A stretch of DNA of 48,342 nt from Candidatus Wildermuthbacteria bacterium RIFCSPHIGHO2_01_FULL_49_22b (GCA_001823165.1 MHTT01000008.1:1-48342); one strand, 5' to 3'; shown: positions 6,953-15,763, counted from the first letter of the stretch. The notes: generated by a model from the sequence alone, not told the origin. Translations and numbers: made by a program.

Positions 6953-8474
6953 GGTGCAATCTGCAGCAAACTCGGGACTGGAGGCACTCGGGGTGGACAT
7001 TGAAATAAGCGTTTCAAACAGGGGGTTGCCGGGTTTTGACATTGTGGGGCTTCCCGACAAGGCCGTTCAAGAAAGCAAGGAGCGGGTGAGAGCTGCCATT
7101 GGAAATTCAAAAATTGAGTTTCCTCAAAGAAAAATTACCGTAAACTTGGCGCCAGCCGATATTCCCAAAGAAGGCTCTCTGTACGACTTGCCCATAGCAG
7201 TGGGAATTATGGCCTCGGTTTTGCAATATGAGATTCCCCCAAACAGCTTATTTTTGGGAGAGCTTTCTTTAGACGGCAAGCTTCGCCACACAAAAGGGGC
7301 CGTACTTATGGCGCTTTTTGCAAAAGAACAGGGATTTCAAAATGTGTTTGTTCCAGCAGAATCCGCAAACGAGGCAGCTATTATTCAAGGCGTAAACGTG
7401 TACGGAATAAAAAACCTTACCGAAATAGCCGGACTTTTCTTGGGTAAATCTTTTTTGCGGCCCGTTGCTTACCAGAAAAAAGAAGAGCTCACTGAGGATA
7501 TAGAGTTTGACATGGCAGAAGTACTTGGCCAGGAAACCGCCAAGCGCGCCGTAGAGATAGCTGCCGCCGGCGGCCATAATATATTAATGATAGGAAGCCC
7601 TGGTTCCGGGAAAACCATGCTGGCGCGGGCCTTGCCAGGCATTTTGCCAAGGTTAAATGAAGAAGAGTCCTTGGAGGTTACGAAACTCTATTCTATTGCA
7701 GGGAGCATGCCGCCCCGGGGATCTCTTATCACCACGCGCCCTTTTCGCTCGCCCCATCACAGCGTTTCTCAAATTGGGCTGATAGGAGGCGGTCAAAAAC
7801 CGCAACCTGGAGAAATAAGCTTGGCTCACCGAGGGGTCTTGTTTTTAGACGAGTTTAACGAGTTCCCTCGGTCTGTATTAGAAGGTCTCCGCCAACCCGT
7901 AGAAGACGGCGCGCTTACCATTTCAAGAAGCAAAGAACGAGTAACCTATCCTTGCCGTTTTATGTTGGTGGCGTCTGCAAATCCTTGTCCGTGCGGATAC
8001 TTAAATCACCCAAGGAAACCCTGTGTCTGCACTCCTCGAGAGATAAAAAAGTACCGGAAGCGAGCATCCGGCCCTATTTTAGAGCGCATTGATTTGCATG
8101 TTGAAGTGCCGGAGGTTGACGTGGAAGAGTTTCGCGGCAATCAAAAGTCCACGAGCGCCGCAGAAAGCTCTTGTTCTATTCGGGAACGAATGAGCGAGGC
8201 GCGAAAAATCCAAGAAACAAGATTTGCAGAAGAGTCCATCTATACGAATGCAGAAATGAAAAACGCGCATATTAAAAAATACGCCGCACTTTCAAAAGAG
8301 GCCGAGCAGATGGTACTACGGGCTGCGCTTCAATATCAGCTTTCTGCAAGGTCATTTATGAAAATGATAAAGATCGCCCGCACCATTGCAGACCTTGCCT
8401 TTGAGCAACAGATTGGAAAAGAACACATGCTCGAGGCCTTGCAGTATCGCCCCAAGATATATGAGTTGGACTGA
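6942..8474 (+). CDS. comM: YifB/ComM-family Mg-chelatase-like AAA+ ATPase
   Basis: 510 aa. Walker A IGSPGSGKT, Walker B VLFLDEF, a Lon-protease-like N-terminal domain and ALQYRP near the C-terminus. It overlaps the dprA stop by 11 nt. Confidence 0.92.
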   Translation: MLFKVQSAANSGLEALGVDIEISVSNRGLPGFDIVGLPDKAVQESKERVRAAIGNSKIEFPQRKITVNLAPADIPKEGSLYDLPIAVGIMASVLQYEIPPNSLFLGELSLDGKLRHTKGAVLMALFAKEQGFQNVFVPAESANEAAIIQGVNVYGIKNLTEIAGLFLGKSFLRPVAYQKKEELTEDIEFDMAEVLGQETAKRAVEIAAAGGHNILMIGSPGSGKTMLARALPGILPRLNEEESLEVTKLYSIAGSMPPRGSLITTRPFRSPHHSVSQIGLIGGGQKPQPGEISLAHRGVLFLDEFNEFPRSVLEGLRQPVEDGALTISRSKERVTYPCRFMLVASANPCPCGYLNHPRKPCVCTPREIKKYRKRASGPILERIDLHVEVPEVDVEEFRGNQKSTSAAESSCSIRERMSEARKIQETRFAEESIYTNAEMKNAHIKKYAALSKEAEQMVLRAALQYQLSARSFMKMIKIARTIADLAFEQQIGKEHMLEALQYRPKIYELD

Positions 8475-8482
8475 AAAAATAT

Positions 8483-8845
8483 ATGAGAGTACACAATATG
8501 ATAGGAGAGAGAGGGGAGGAGATTGCGCGCCAGTTTTTGGAGAACAAAGGATATACAATTATTGAGTGCAATTACAGGACAAAGAGAGCAGAAATTGATA
8601 TCATTGCAAAACATAAAAATAAACTAGTGTTTGTGGAGGTGCGAACAAAGCACCGCGAACAATACGGAACCCCAGAAGAAACTATTGATTATAAAAAACG
8701 CATGAGATTGAAAAAGAATGCCGCAGCTTATGTCCATCGAAAGAAATATTATGGGCCTTTTCGCATAGACGCCGTATGTCTGGTACTAGATGAGAACGCG
8801 GGGCTCCAGCGGATTAACCACTATGAAAACATTGTGGAAAACTAG
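8483..8845 (+). CDS. yraN: YraN-family (UPF0102) putative endonuclease
   Basis: GERGEEIARQFLENKGYTIIECNYRTKRAEIDIIAK...VFVEVRT...IDAV pattern. ATG 8498 is an alternative start. Confidence 0.85.
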   Translation: MRVHNMIGERGEEIARQFLENKGYTIIECNYRTKRAEIDIIAKHKNKLVFVEVRTKHREQYGTPEETIDYKKRMRLKKNAAAYVHRKKYYGPFRIDAVCLVLDENAGLQRINHYENIVEN

Positions 8846-8905
8846 GCGAGACCAAGGATTCCTTGGTCTCGCCTAAGAGCTAAAACTAAGGAGCTCATGG
8901 GAACA
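8762..8905 (+). repeat. 144-bp direct repeat, left copy (yraN 3' end, hairpin, and start codon of the next ORF)
   Basis: Identical to 10847-10990 except one mismatch (8790 t versus 10875 c) by my alignment. Contains the 13-bp-stem hairpin ggcgagaccaagg-att-ccttggtctcgcc (8845-8873). Confidence 0.9.
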
Positions 8906-9418
8906 AACGAGGCCGAAATGTCTGTTTTCCAAAACAGGACTGTTCTTGGAAGTATTGCACGAGGAATACAAAAGATACCGGGGGGAGAAATAGTGGTGCC
9001 GTTCGGACGCACTCCTTCTGCTGTGGCAATGCAAATTATCAACTATTCACCAGTAGGGATTGTAAGGGCCATTGTGCAGAACATTGGCAAGGGCAGGTTT
9101 GACCAAAGAACATTCTCCCAGATGATGGGACGCGGCATTGTTGGTACTGGACCATATTTATTGGAATGGAGCTTTTTGGAAAAGACCTTATTTCTCTTGA
9201 TTGGCCTACCACAGAAAGGGAACGCAAGTGGCGAATTGAAAAGCCCAAAGAAACTTCAAAGAACGCTTACGCCTTCTCCGCTACGTCCATTCTTGAGAGA
9301 AAAAAAGCAGAAGCCTTTTGCGGTTCCTGCCGGAGCTGGGTTTGGGGAGTTTCCTAACTTTCCTGACTTTCCCGAGTTCCCTGATTTCCCAGAGTTCCCT
9401 GAGTTTACGGGATTTTAG
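8897..9418 (+). pseudogene. Chimeric, frameshifted remnant ORF. Its first three codons (MGT) come from the duplicated start of the downstream Wzy/TPR gene.
   Basis: It starts inside the direct repeat with the same catgggaaca as 10982. The reading frame appears to switch near 9150-9170, where the 9166..9357 frame continues with GKDLISLDWPTTERERKW. It ends in a 9-bp tandem repeat. Confidence 0.5.
9346..9408 (+). repeat. 9-bp tandem repeat, about 7 units
   Basis: gagtttcct aactttcct gactttccc gagttccct gatttccca gagttccct gagtttacg, encoding (E/D/N)FP x7. Confidence 0.85.
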
Positions 9419-9429
9419 AAAAAACCTAC

Positions 9430-9597
9430 TTATTCCTCTATATGTTTTTCAAACTTTTCCTTGTGAGCATTATCATTATCTATTATGTATAACCAGAATA
9501 AAATACCCCCAAGCCACATCCAAAAGCCAGACATACCCCCAAACTTTATGAGCAAGAATAATGAAACAACAATACCAAAAGCTTTAACCCAGCTCAT
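9430..9597 (-). CDS. Small 55-aa two-TM protein, possible holin (below the ORF-track length cutoff)
   Basis: My reverse-strand translation is MSWVKAFGIVVSLFLLIKFGGMSGFWMWLGGILFWLYIIDNDNAHKEKFEKHIEE. It has two hydrophobic helices and a charged tail. A G-rich ggggggagg lies directly upstream, though the spacing to the ATG is short. Confidence 0.3.
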   Translation of the reverse strand: MSWVKAFGIVVSLFLLIKFGGMSGFWMWLGGILFWLYIIDNDNAHKEKFEKHIEE

Positions 9598-9635
9598 ACC
9601 TCCCCCCTACCACCCCTAACCCACCTCGTCAAGCT

Positions 9636-9878
9636 ATGGAACAAAACCACGAACAACTAAACAACATTGAGTGTACCCTCGGAGAAGTTTTGGGGGAAAT
9701 GAAAGGTATAAACGGACATCTTGCTCGTATCAACGGCCGCCTTGACATCCATTCCGACAGAATACGCAATGTTGAAGGCGAACAGAAAGTGCTGAAAACC
9801 AAGGCGGCTATGTTAGGAGGCGGACTTGGGGTTGGCGTTGTGGTAATATGGGAGTGGTTGAAAATGCAATTCAAGTAG
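9636..9878 (+). CDS. XhlA-like small protein (N-terminal coiled coil plus C-terminal TM helix), phage-lysis associated
   Basis: 80 aa. The coiled-coil segment is LNNIECTLGEVLGEMKGINGHLARINGRLDIHSDRIRNVEGEQ, followed by the TM helix AAMLGGGLGVGVVVIWEWL. The architecture matches the XhlA family. No clear SD. Confidence 0.45.
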   Translation: MEQNHEQLNNIECTLGEVLGEMKGINGHLARINGRLDIHSDRIRNVEGEQKVLKTKAAMLGGGLGVGVVVIWEWLKMQFK

Positions 9879-9947
9879 GATTTTCTTGAGGGGACAAGAA
9901 TAACTTGCCCTCTCAATAAAGTTCTTTCAAAAGAAAGGAGGAAGTCA

Positions 9948-10190
9948 ATGTGTCCGTACTGCAAGACCGAGAGCGCCTTGGTCAAAGAAAGAGATAGATA
10001 CGGCCTTTACATTTCATGTCGGGTGTGCGGGTGGCTCAAAGACCTTGGAGTTCCTTCGCCAGACAAAATCCTCGCTTCAGACGAAAGAAGCAAAGGAAGG
10101 AGGGGAATGGTATTTTTGCCCCGCAACGGCAGAAACCCATATTTTCATCTAAAGCGCACAAGGAGGGAAAGGAAGAGAAGAAAGGAGTGA
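9948..10190 (+). CDS. Small zinc-ribbon protein with a very basic C-terminus
   Basis: CPYC...CRVC pair. Strong SD aaggagg lies 7-8 nt upstream of the ATG. K/R-rich tail. Confidence 0.5.
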   Translation: MCPYCKTESALVKERDRYGLYISCRVCGWLKDLGVPSPDKILASDERSKGRRGMVFLPRNGRNPYFHLKRTRRERKRRKE

Positions 10191-10257
10191 ACGAAATGAA
10201 GCTTGAGGCATTGGAGGTTTTAATGCTCACTGACCGAGTGAGGAACGAAGACACGAA

Positions 10258-10773
10258 ATGACTTCTCTCAAGAAGGGCGGGGAAAAGGAGAATAAAAATA
10301 ATCCCCAGTACCTGCCCACCGATTCAATGAAAAATAATATGAACAAGTTTATCTACAGGCCCATTAAGTTTAATCGGATAACCCAGATTTTCGGAGAGAA
10401 CAAAACAGATTACTCCAAACTTGGTATGCTCGGACATAATGGTCTTGATATGGCTACCTGGAATGGGACACCAATATATCATTCTGGTGACTATATGGGT
10501 TATATGAAGACAGAAATTGATGCAATGGGTGGCATAGGAGTAGATATCTATTCTAATACTCCCCAGATTGATGGAAAACGTATCAAATTGCGTTATTGGC
10601 ACTTAAAGCAAGTTGTAGGGTGGGATGGAAAAGAAGTGCGACCAGGACAACTTATAGGTTTTGCTGATAATACTGGATTTTCAACAGGAGACCATTTATA
10701 CTTTGATTTAAAATGTGTAGATGAGAATGACAAAACATCACGAACAATACGGAAGCCCGGAAGAAACCATTGA
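10258..10773 (+). CDS. M23/LytM-family peptidase-like protein (endolysin-like), 3' end running into the yraN-like fragment
   Basis: GHNGLDM (HxxxD) and NTGFSTGDHLYFDL. The usual HxH reads HLY, so it is possibly degenerate. The C-terminus is read out of the yraN-homologous DNA in another frame. Confidence 0.55.
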   Translation: MTSLKKGGEKENKNNPQYLPTDSMKNNMNKFIYRPIKFNRITQIFGENKTDYSKLGMLGHNGLDMATWNGTPIYHSGDYMGYMKTEIDAMGGIGVDIYSNTPQIDGKRIKLRYWHLKQVVGWDGKEVRPGQLIGFADNTGFSTGDHLYFDLKCVDENDKTSRTIRKPGRNH

Positions 10774-10930
10774 TTATGAAAAACGCATGAGACTGCAGCG
10801 AAACGCAAGAGCGTATATTCACCGAACAAAGTACCGCGGCCCATACCGCATAGACGCCGTATGTCTGGTACTAGACGAGAACGCGGGGCTCCAGCGGATT
10901 AACCACTATGAAAACATTGTGGAAAACTAG
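10722..10930 (+). pseudogene. Displaced, duplicated 3' fragment of a yraN-like gene
   Basis: It encodes ...HEQYGSPEETIDYEKRMRLQRNARAYIHRTKYRGPYRIDAVCLVLDENAGLQRINHYENIVEN, parallel to residues ~53-120 of the intact YraN. The N-terminal catalytic part is absent. Confidence 0.8.
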
Positions 10931-10990
10931 GCGAGACCAAGGATTCCTTGGTCTCGCCTAAGAGCTAAAACTAAGGAGCTCATGGGAACA
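10847..10990 (+). repeat. 144-bp direct repeat, right copy
   Basis: See 8762-8905. The hairpin copy is at 10930-10958. Confidence 0.9.
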
Positions 10991-13198
10991 TTTTTTGACT
11001 TCATTATTAGAACAAGTGTTGTCCTTTTGGTGTTCTTGGTTCCTTTAGCGTGGAGCCCCTGGACCTTTGAGGCCTTTGAGTTTTCAAAGCAGTATCTTTT
11101 GTTCTTTTTGGTTCTCTTGGGCCTGTTTGCTTGGATAGCACGCATGGTGCTGGTTGAGCGCGAGGTGCGGTTCAAGAAGACCCCGCTTACCTTCTTTGTC
11201 TTTCTGTTTGTTGCCGCCGCCCTGCTTTCTAGCTTGTTTTCAGCTGACCGCTGGTCTTCTTTGTTTGGGCACTACGGAAGTTTTTCTGACGGACTCCCAG
11301 GCATTCTTGCTTCTGCGGGGGTTTACTTTCTTGTGACCAACGCCGTGCGCCAGCCGCGTTTTCTACTCAAGCCCTTTTTCGCTTCAGCTGCTCTTGCGGT
11401 GTTCCTCGCTTACCTTTCTTTGTTTGGAGTGCTGCCCCAAGCGGGTTTTAACCCGGTAGCGGAAAATTTTGAGAGCTTTTCCGTCTTCCTTGCCTTTCTC
11501 ATTTCTCTCCTTTCCTTTTTTGTCATACGCCCCCAACAAAACCAGCTGCCGTTTGCCGGAACTATTGTTTTGCTGGTTTCCGCTTTTGGCTTACTCCTTG
11601 CGGCGCATGAATCTACGAACTGGGCCGTGGTTTTTGCGGGCCTGCTGCTGTCGCTGTTTGCAGGACTACTGCAACGTTTGTGGACAGGGGAGGCGGGAAA
11701 AATAAGGGGATTGGGGTTGCCTCTGCTGCTTTTGTTCCTGACCTTTGTTGCCTTGCTTTCCCCGGCCTGGCCGGATCTTCCCTGGGCGTTTCCCCTGGAA
11801 CCCGCGCTTTCTCAAAGAATGTCTTGGGGTATTGCCCTTGACACTGTCAGCGACAACGCTAAAAACCTGTTCTTGGGTTCGGGACCCGGCACCTTTGCCC
11901 TGGATGTTTCCCTGCACAAGCCGGTTTCTTTGAATCAAACAGACCAGTGGCAGACCCGTTTTGACCGGCCCTCCAGCTTTTTTGCAGGACTTTTTGCCAC
12001 GACAGGACTCCTTGGTTTTCTCTTGTATCTTGCGCTGCTTTGCTGGTTCTTCCTGGTTTCTCTGGCGTTCTTGAGAAAACAGGAGAGCATGCCTTTTCTT
12101 CTTGGGGCCGCGGTGCTTGCGGCAGGCCAGGTCGCGCATGACCAGATGACGGCGCTCCAGCTTTCTTTTTGGCTGTTTTTGGGGCTCTGCCAGGTTTCCT
12201 GGAAAATTCCTGCCAGGGAGACCCGCTTTTCCCTGCCAAGGACCGCCGAGTTTCAGCTTGCAGCCAGGGCCGCGCTCCTGCTGGTGTTCCTTGCCTCTGC
12301 GGCAGCTTTCTTTTTTGGGAGCCGCCTGTACGCAGCAGATATGAAGTACGCGGCTTCCGTGAAGGCCGCGCCGTATTTTCCTGCAGCGGGCATTGAACAG
12401 GGACAAGAAGCCGCAGGATTGAATCCCTGGCAGGCAGAATACAGGATTTTCCTCTCCCGGCTTCACCTGCAGCGCGCCCTGGCCGAATTGCAAAAGCCAG
12501 AAAACCTCCGCAGCAAAGAGCAAGTTTCCAAGGACGTGCAGCTTGCCATTGCATACGCGAGGGGAGGCAGTGTGGAAGACCAAAGGATCGTGGGCGCCTT
12601 GGAGCTTAGTTCAGCCAGGGTCGCCTCGTGGGAAACGCTCGGAACAGTGTACAAAAACATTGCGTCAGCTCCCGGGGCCTTGGATTGGGGTATCCGTTCT
12701 TTTGAGACAGCGATTGCCCTGGAACCCGCAAATCCCGTTCTCCACACTGAATTGGGAAAGCTGTATGTCAAAAATGAGCAGTTTGACAAGGCGCGAGAGC
12801 GCTTTCAAAAAGCGATTGAATTAAAGCCCGACTACGCGCAGGCCCGAATGCAGCTTGCCTTGATTGCGGAAAAAGAGGGGAATGCCGGCAAAGCCATTGG
12901 GCAGCTCCATGACCTCGTTGTCCGCTTTCCTCGGGATTCAGAAACCCTGTTCCAGCTGGGAAGATTGTATTATAATGAAGGGGAGGTTGCCGGGGCGATT
13001 TCCCAATTTGAACGGGTGCTTGCAGGAGCCCCCAATCATTCCAACGCCTTGTTTGCCTTGGGTCTTGCCTATGAAAGCCAGGGGAGAATCCAGGAGGCCG
13101 CGCAGAAGTTTGAAAGGGTCTTGCAGCTGAACCCCGGAAACGAGGAAGTCCGCCGAAAGTTGCAAGAGCTTGGCAGGGAAAGTATAATACGGGAATAG
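10982..13198 (+). CDS. Polytopic O-antigen-ligase-like (Wzy_C) membrane protein with C-terminal TPR repeats
   Basis: About 10-12 hydrophobic helices. LFLGSGPGTFALDVSLHKP motif. The C-terminal third has TPR-like repeats (AIALEPANPVLHTELGKLY, AIELKPDYAQARMQLA, VLQLNPGNEEVRRKL). Confidence 0.8.
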   Translation: MGTFFDFIIRTSVVLLVFLVPLAWSPWTFEAFEFSKQYLLFFLVLLGLFAWIARMVLVEREVRFKKTPLTFFVFLFVAAALLSSLFSADRWSSLFGHYGSFSDGLPGILASAGVYFLVTNAVRQPRFLLKPFFASAALAVFLAYLSLFGVLPQAGFNPVAENFESFSVFLAFLISLLSFFVIRPQQNQLPFAGTIVLLVSAFGLLLAAHESTNWAVVFAGLLLSLFAGLLQRLWTGEAGKIRGLGLPLLLLFLTFVALLSPAWPDLPWAFPLEPALSQRMSWGIALDTVSDNAKNLFLGSGPGTFALDVSLHKPVSLNQTDQWQTRFDRPSSFFAGLFATTGLLGFLLYLALLCWFFLVSLAFLRKQESMPFLLGAAVLAAGQVAHDQMTALQLSFWLFLGLCQVSWKIPARETRFSLPRTAEFQLAARAALLLVFLASAAAFFFGSRLYAADMKYAASVKAAPYFPAAGIEQGQEAAGLNPWQAEYRIFLSRLHLQRALAELQKPENLRSKEQVSKDVQLAIAYARGGSVEDQRIVGALELSSARVASWETLGTVYKNIASAPGALDWGIRSFETAIALEPANPVLHTELGKLYVKNEQFDKARERFQKAIELKPDYAQARMQLALIAEKEGNAGKAIGQLHDLVVRFPRDSETLFQLGRLYYNEGEVAGAISQFERVLAGAPNHSNALFALGLAYESQGRIQEAAQKFERVLQLNPGNEEVRRKLQELGRESIIRE

Positions 13199-13230
13199 TA
13201 ATTTATTTTTCTCATATAATATAAATATAT

Positions 13231-15552
13231 ATGAAACTCATTCTCTGGCTTGAAAGGATTTCAAAGGGAAGCTTGTACGCTGCGGTGCTTCTTTTGCCCC
13301 TTTGGTTTTTGCCCTTTACGCAGAATATGGTGATATACCAAAAGCAGACCCTGCTCTTGGTGCTGGTGTTTGTGGGGCTGGTTGCGTGGCTGGCCAAGGC
13401 GGTGAACCAAGGCGAGATTCGTCTTAGGCTCTCTCTGATATTTATTCCCGCCTTCCTCCTGCTTTTGGGCGCGGGGGTTTCCACCCTGCTTTCTCTGTGG
13501 GTTTCCTCCAGTTTCTGGGGCTGGCCCCTGGATGTTACCGACAGCTTCCTGACATTGGCCGCTTTCGTCCTGTTTTCCTTTTTGGCATTCCAGGTTGTCC
13601 AAGACCACAAGGAGCTGTTTCGTCTGCTCTTGGTCCTGCTGGTTTCCTCGGGGCTTGCCGCGCTGTATGCTTTGGCGCAGGTCTACGGGGCGTATGTCTT
13701 GCCCTTTGCCTTTGCGAAATCTTCTGTTTTCAACACCATAGGGAACAGCAATGATGTTTCCCTGTTTGCCGCCGTGCTTCTGCCTCTTGCCCTGGCCCTG
13801 GCATTTGTCGCAAAGCGGCAGCTTCGCTTGGCCCTATGGGTTGTAGCAGGTATATTATTGGCATGCGTTGTGCTCTTTAACTTTCAGACGGCCTGGATTG
13901 TTCTTATAGCAGGACTCTTGGTGCTTTTGGCTTTTGGCATATGGAACATGCAAAAGAGAGCCGAGTCGGGGTGGATTTCCTTTCCCATGGCCCTGATTAT
14001 TGCGGCCGTGTTCTTCCTGACATTTCAGGTTTCTCTGCCTGGAGCTCCCAAAGACCTGCCGGTTCAGGTTTCCTTGAGCCAGCGGGCAACGCTCAATGTC
14101 GCAAAAGACGTGCTTAAAGAACGGGCGCTCTTTGGAGGGGGTCCCGGAACCTTTTCCTTGGAGTATGCAAGGCACCGGCCAGCAGAGCTGAACCAGACCA
14201 TATTTTTTGGCACAAGGTTTGCCTCGGGCGCGACAGAATTGTTTGACTGGTTCGTGACCAAGGGAGCGGTCGGCTTGCTCTTGCTCCTGGCGCTTTTTGG
14301 GGTCTTAAAGGTGGTTGGAGCTAAATCCCTGGTGGATTTTCGGGGTGAAAAGGTTGTGTGGATGCTGCAGCTGGGAATCTTTGCCTCGCTTGTCGCCCTG
14401 GTGGTTTCCCAGTTTTTGTATCCTTCCTCCTTTCTGCTCTGGTTTGTCTTTTGGGTACTGGCTGCGGCCCTGGCGCTTAGCGCGGCCCCAAAGACCCTGC
14501 ACTTTACGGTTTCCACGTACCCGTTTCTTGCCTTAGCGTCTTCGTTCGTGTTCTTGGTTGTTTTTGTCTTTGGGCTCGGGCTCTTGTTTCTCGGAGGGCA
14601 AAAGTATGCAGCTGAAGTTCTGTACCTGCAGGGAGCAAAGGCCTCAGCGGCAGGGGATTTGCAAGGAGCCATTGCCAAGATTGGTTCTGCTGCCAACCTG
14701 AATGGCAGCGTTGATATCTACTGGAGGGACCTGGCCCAGCTGTACCTGCTCAAGATGAATCAGGTTGTTGGCGCCGCAGGCCTTTCTCAAGAGCAAAAAC
14801 AGCAGCAGACGCAGACAGCAATATCCAACGTGGTTAGAGCGGCCCGGGCCGCGACCAGCGCAGCTCCCGCAAACGTTGCAAACTGGAATGTGCAGGGATT
14901 TGTGTACCGTTCCCTCATTGGCATTCAGGGAGCGGAAGCGCTGGCGCAGGAGGCCTACCTGAAGGCGGCAGAACTGGAGCCAACTTCTCCTTTCCCTTGG
15001 ACCGAGCTGGCGCGTTCCCAGGTAATGCAGGCCAAGAACCTTGGCAGACAGCAAGGCGTTTCGCAGATTCAGGGCCAGATGCTGGAGAATGCCTTAGAAA
15101 ACCTGCAGAAGGCCTTGGCGTTAAAGTCCGACTATGCCCCGGCCCATTACCTTTTGGCCGTGGTGTATGAGCAACAGGGAAAGGTTGAAGAAGCCGTTGC
15201 CAAGCTTGAGGAAACAAAGCTCATTGCCCAAAACGACGTGGGCCTTGCCTTCCAGCTTGGAGTCATCTACTGGCAGCGCCAAGAATGGGATAAGGCGGCC
15301 CTAGAACTGGAACGCGCAAGAAGAATTAATCCCAACTATTCTAACGCAAGATACATTCTGGGTTTAGTGTATGATGTGAAAGGCAACAAGGAAGCGGCGC
15401 GCCAGGAGTTTTCTGCGGTCTGGCGCCTGAACCCCGACAATGAAGAGGTGCAGCGCATTCTGGAAAACCTGGAGCAGGGGCTCCCTGCTTTAGAGGGTAT
15501 TACTCCAGCACAACCTCCGGTGCAGGAAACTCCGCCTGAAATCCAGAAGTAA
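13231..15552 (+). CDS. Paralogous O-antigen-ligase-like (Wzy_C) membrane protein with C-terminal TPR repeats
   Basis: Same architecture as the preceding gene. LFGGGPGTFSLEYARHRP motif. TPR repeats (ALALKSDYAPAHYLLAVVY, ARRINPNYSNARYILGLVY, VWRLNPDNEEVQRIL). Confidence 0.8.
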   Translation: MKLILWLERISKGSLYAAVLLLPLWFLPFTQNMVIYQKQTLLLVLVFVGLVAWLAKAVNQGEIRLRLSLIFIPAFLLLLGAGVSTLLSLWVSSSFWGWPLDVTDSFLTLAAFVLFSFLAFQVVQDHKELFRLLLVLLVSSGLAALYALAQVYGAYVLPFAFAKSSVFNTIGNSNDVSLFAAVLLPLALALAFVAKRQLRLALWVVAGILLACVVLFNFQTAWIVLIAGLLVLLAFGIWNMQKRAESGWISFPMALIIAAVFFLTFQVSLPGAPKDLPVQVSLSQRATLNVAKDVLKERALFGGGPGTFSLEYARHRPAELNQTIFFGTRFASGATELFDWFVTKGAVGLLLLLALFGVLKVVGAKSLVDFRGEKVVWMLQLGIFASLVALVVSQFLYPSSFLLWFVFWVLAAALALSAAPKTLHFTVSTYPFLALASSFVFLVVFVFGLGLLFLGGQKYAAEVLYLQGAKASAAGDLQGAIAKIGSAANLNGSVDIYWRDLAQLYLLKMNQVVGAAGLSQEQKQQQTQTAISNVVRAARAATSAAPANVANWNVQGFVYRSLIGIQGAEALAQEAYLKAAELEPTSPFPWTELARSQVMQAKNLGRQQGVSQIQGQMLENALENLQKALALKSDYAPAHYLLAVVYEQQGKVEEAVAKLEETKLIAQNDVGLAFQLGVIYWQRQEWDKAALELERARRINPNYSNARYILGLVYDVKGNKEAARQEFSAVWRLNPDNEEVQRILENLEQGLPALEGITPAQPPVQETPPEIQK

Positions 15553-15562
15553 ACAAGAGACC

Positions 15563-15586
15563 ATGTGTGAAACCTGGTTTCACACA
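15563..15586. repeat. Family D palindrome, copy 1, 11 nt after the stop of the TPR protein
   Basis: atgtgtgaaacctggtttcacaca is identical to 42247-42270. The arms tgtgtgaaacc/ggtttcacaca are perfect reverse complements. Confidence 0.9.
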
Positions 15587-15629
15587 ACTTGTTGAAAACG
15601 TGGGGAAAAGCCCGGTTTGACATGAGGGC

Positions 15630-15658
15630 TTGACATTTTTGCTAAGATTGCTTACCAT
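15630..15658 (+). promoter_or_regulatory. Candidate sigma-70 promoter upstream of rpoB
   Basis: TTGACA, 17-nt spacer, TACCAT. The -10 is weak. Confidence 0.3.
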
Positions 15659-15763
15659 GATGTTCAGTTAAATATTTTGAAAGGTTCCCAAACCTTGGCC
15701 TCTTTTTTTGCATAAGCAGTAAGTCGCCGCCAGGCCCTTTTTGTATTGGGACCTTTGTTTTGT

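Larger units (their letters stand above)
8762..10990 (+). mobile_element. Degraded integrated element (2085-bp insert) at the 3' end of yraN, bounded by 144-bp direct repeats. It carries a lysis-type cassette and no integrase.
   Basis: Direct repeats at 8762-8905 and 10847-10990. A diverged second yraN 3' fragment (10722-10846) abuts the right repeat, which is the classical attL/attR signature of integration into a gene's 3' end. Cargo: a frameshifted fragment ORF, a small 2-TM ORF, an XhlA-like ORF, a zinc-ribbon ORF and an M23 peptidase. Confidence 0.6.

Noticed and set aside
8472-8474. Possibility of UGA recoding (code 25), as in some CPR-related lineages
   Set aside because: TGA terminates comM, ssb, HAD and the SBP gene at positions matching the normal protein ends. 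Conserved genes show no in-frame TGA. The standard code 11 fits.
8897-9418. A 173-aa ORF as a bona fide gene
   Set aside because: Its start codon and first residues are part of the 144-bp duplicated junction. The frame appears broken around 9150-9170 and it ends in a slippage-type 9-bp repeat. It was treated as a chimeric remnant.
11666-12583. Long minus-strand ORFs (305 aa and 231 aa) inside the first Wzy/TPR gene. Similar long antisense ORFs lie at 21027-21731, 17821-18633, 38900-39742 and 39813-40499.
   Set aside because: They lie antisense to strongly supported conserved genes and have arbitrary R/P/G/S-rich composition with no recognisable motifs. They are shadow ORFs.
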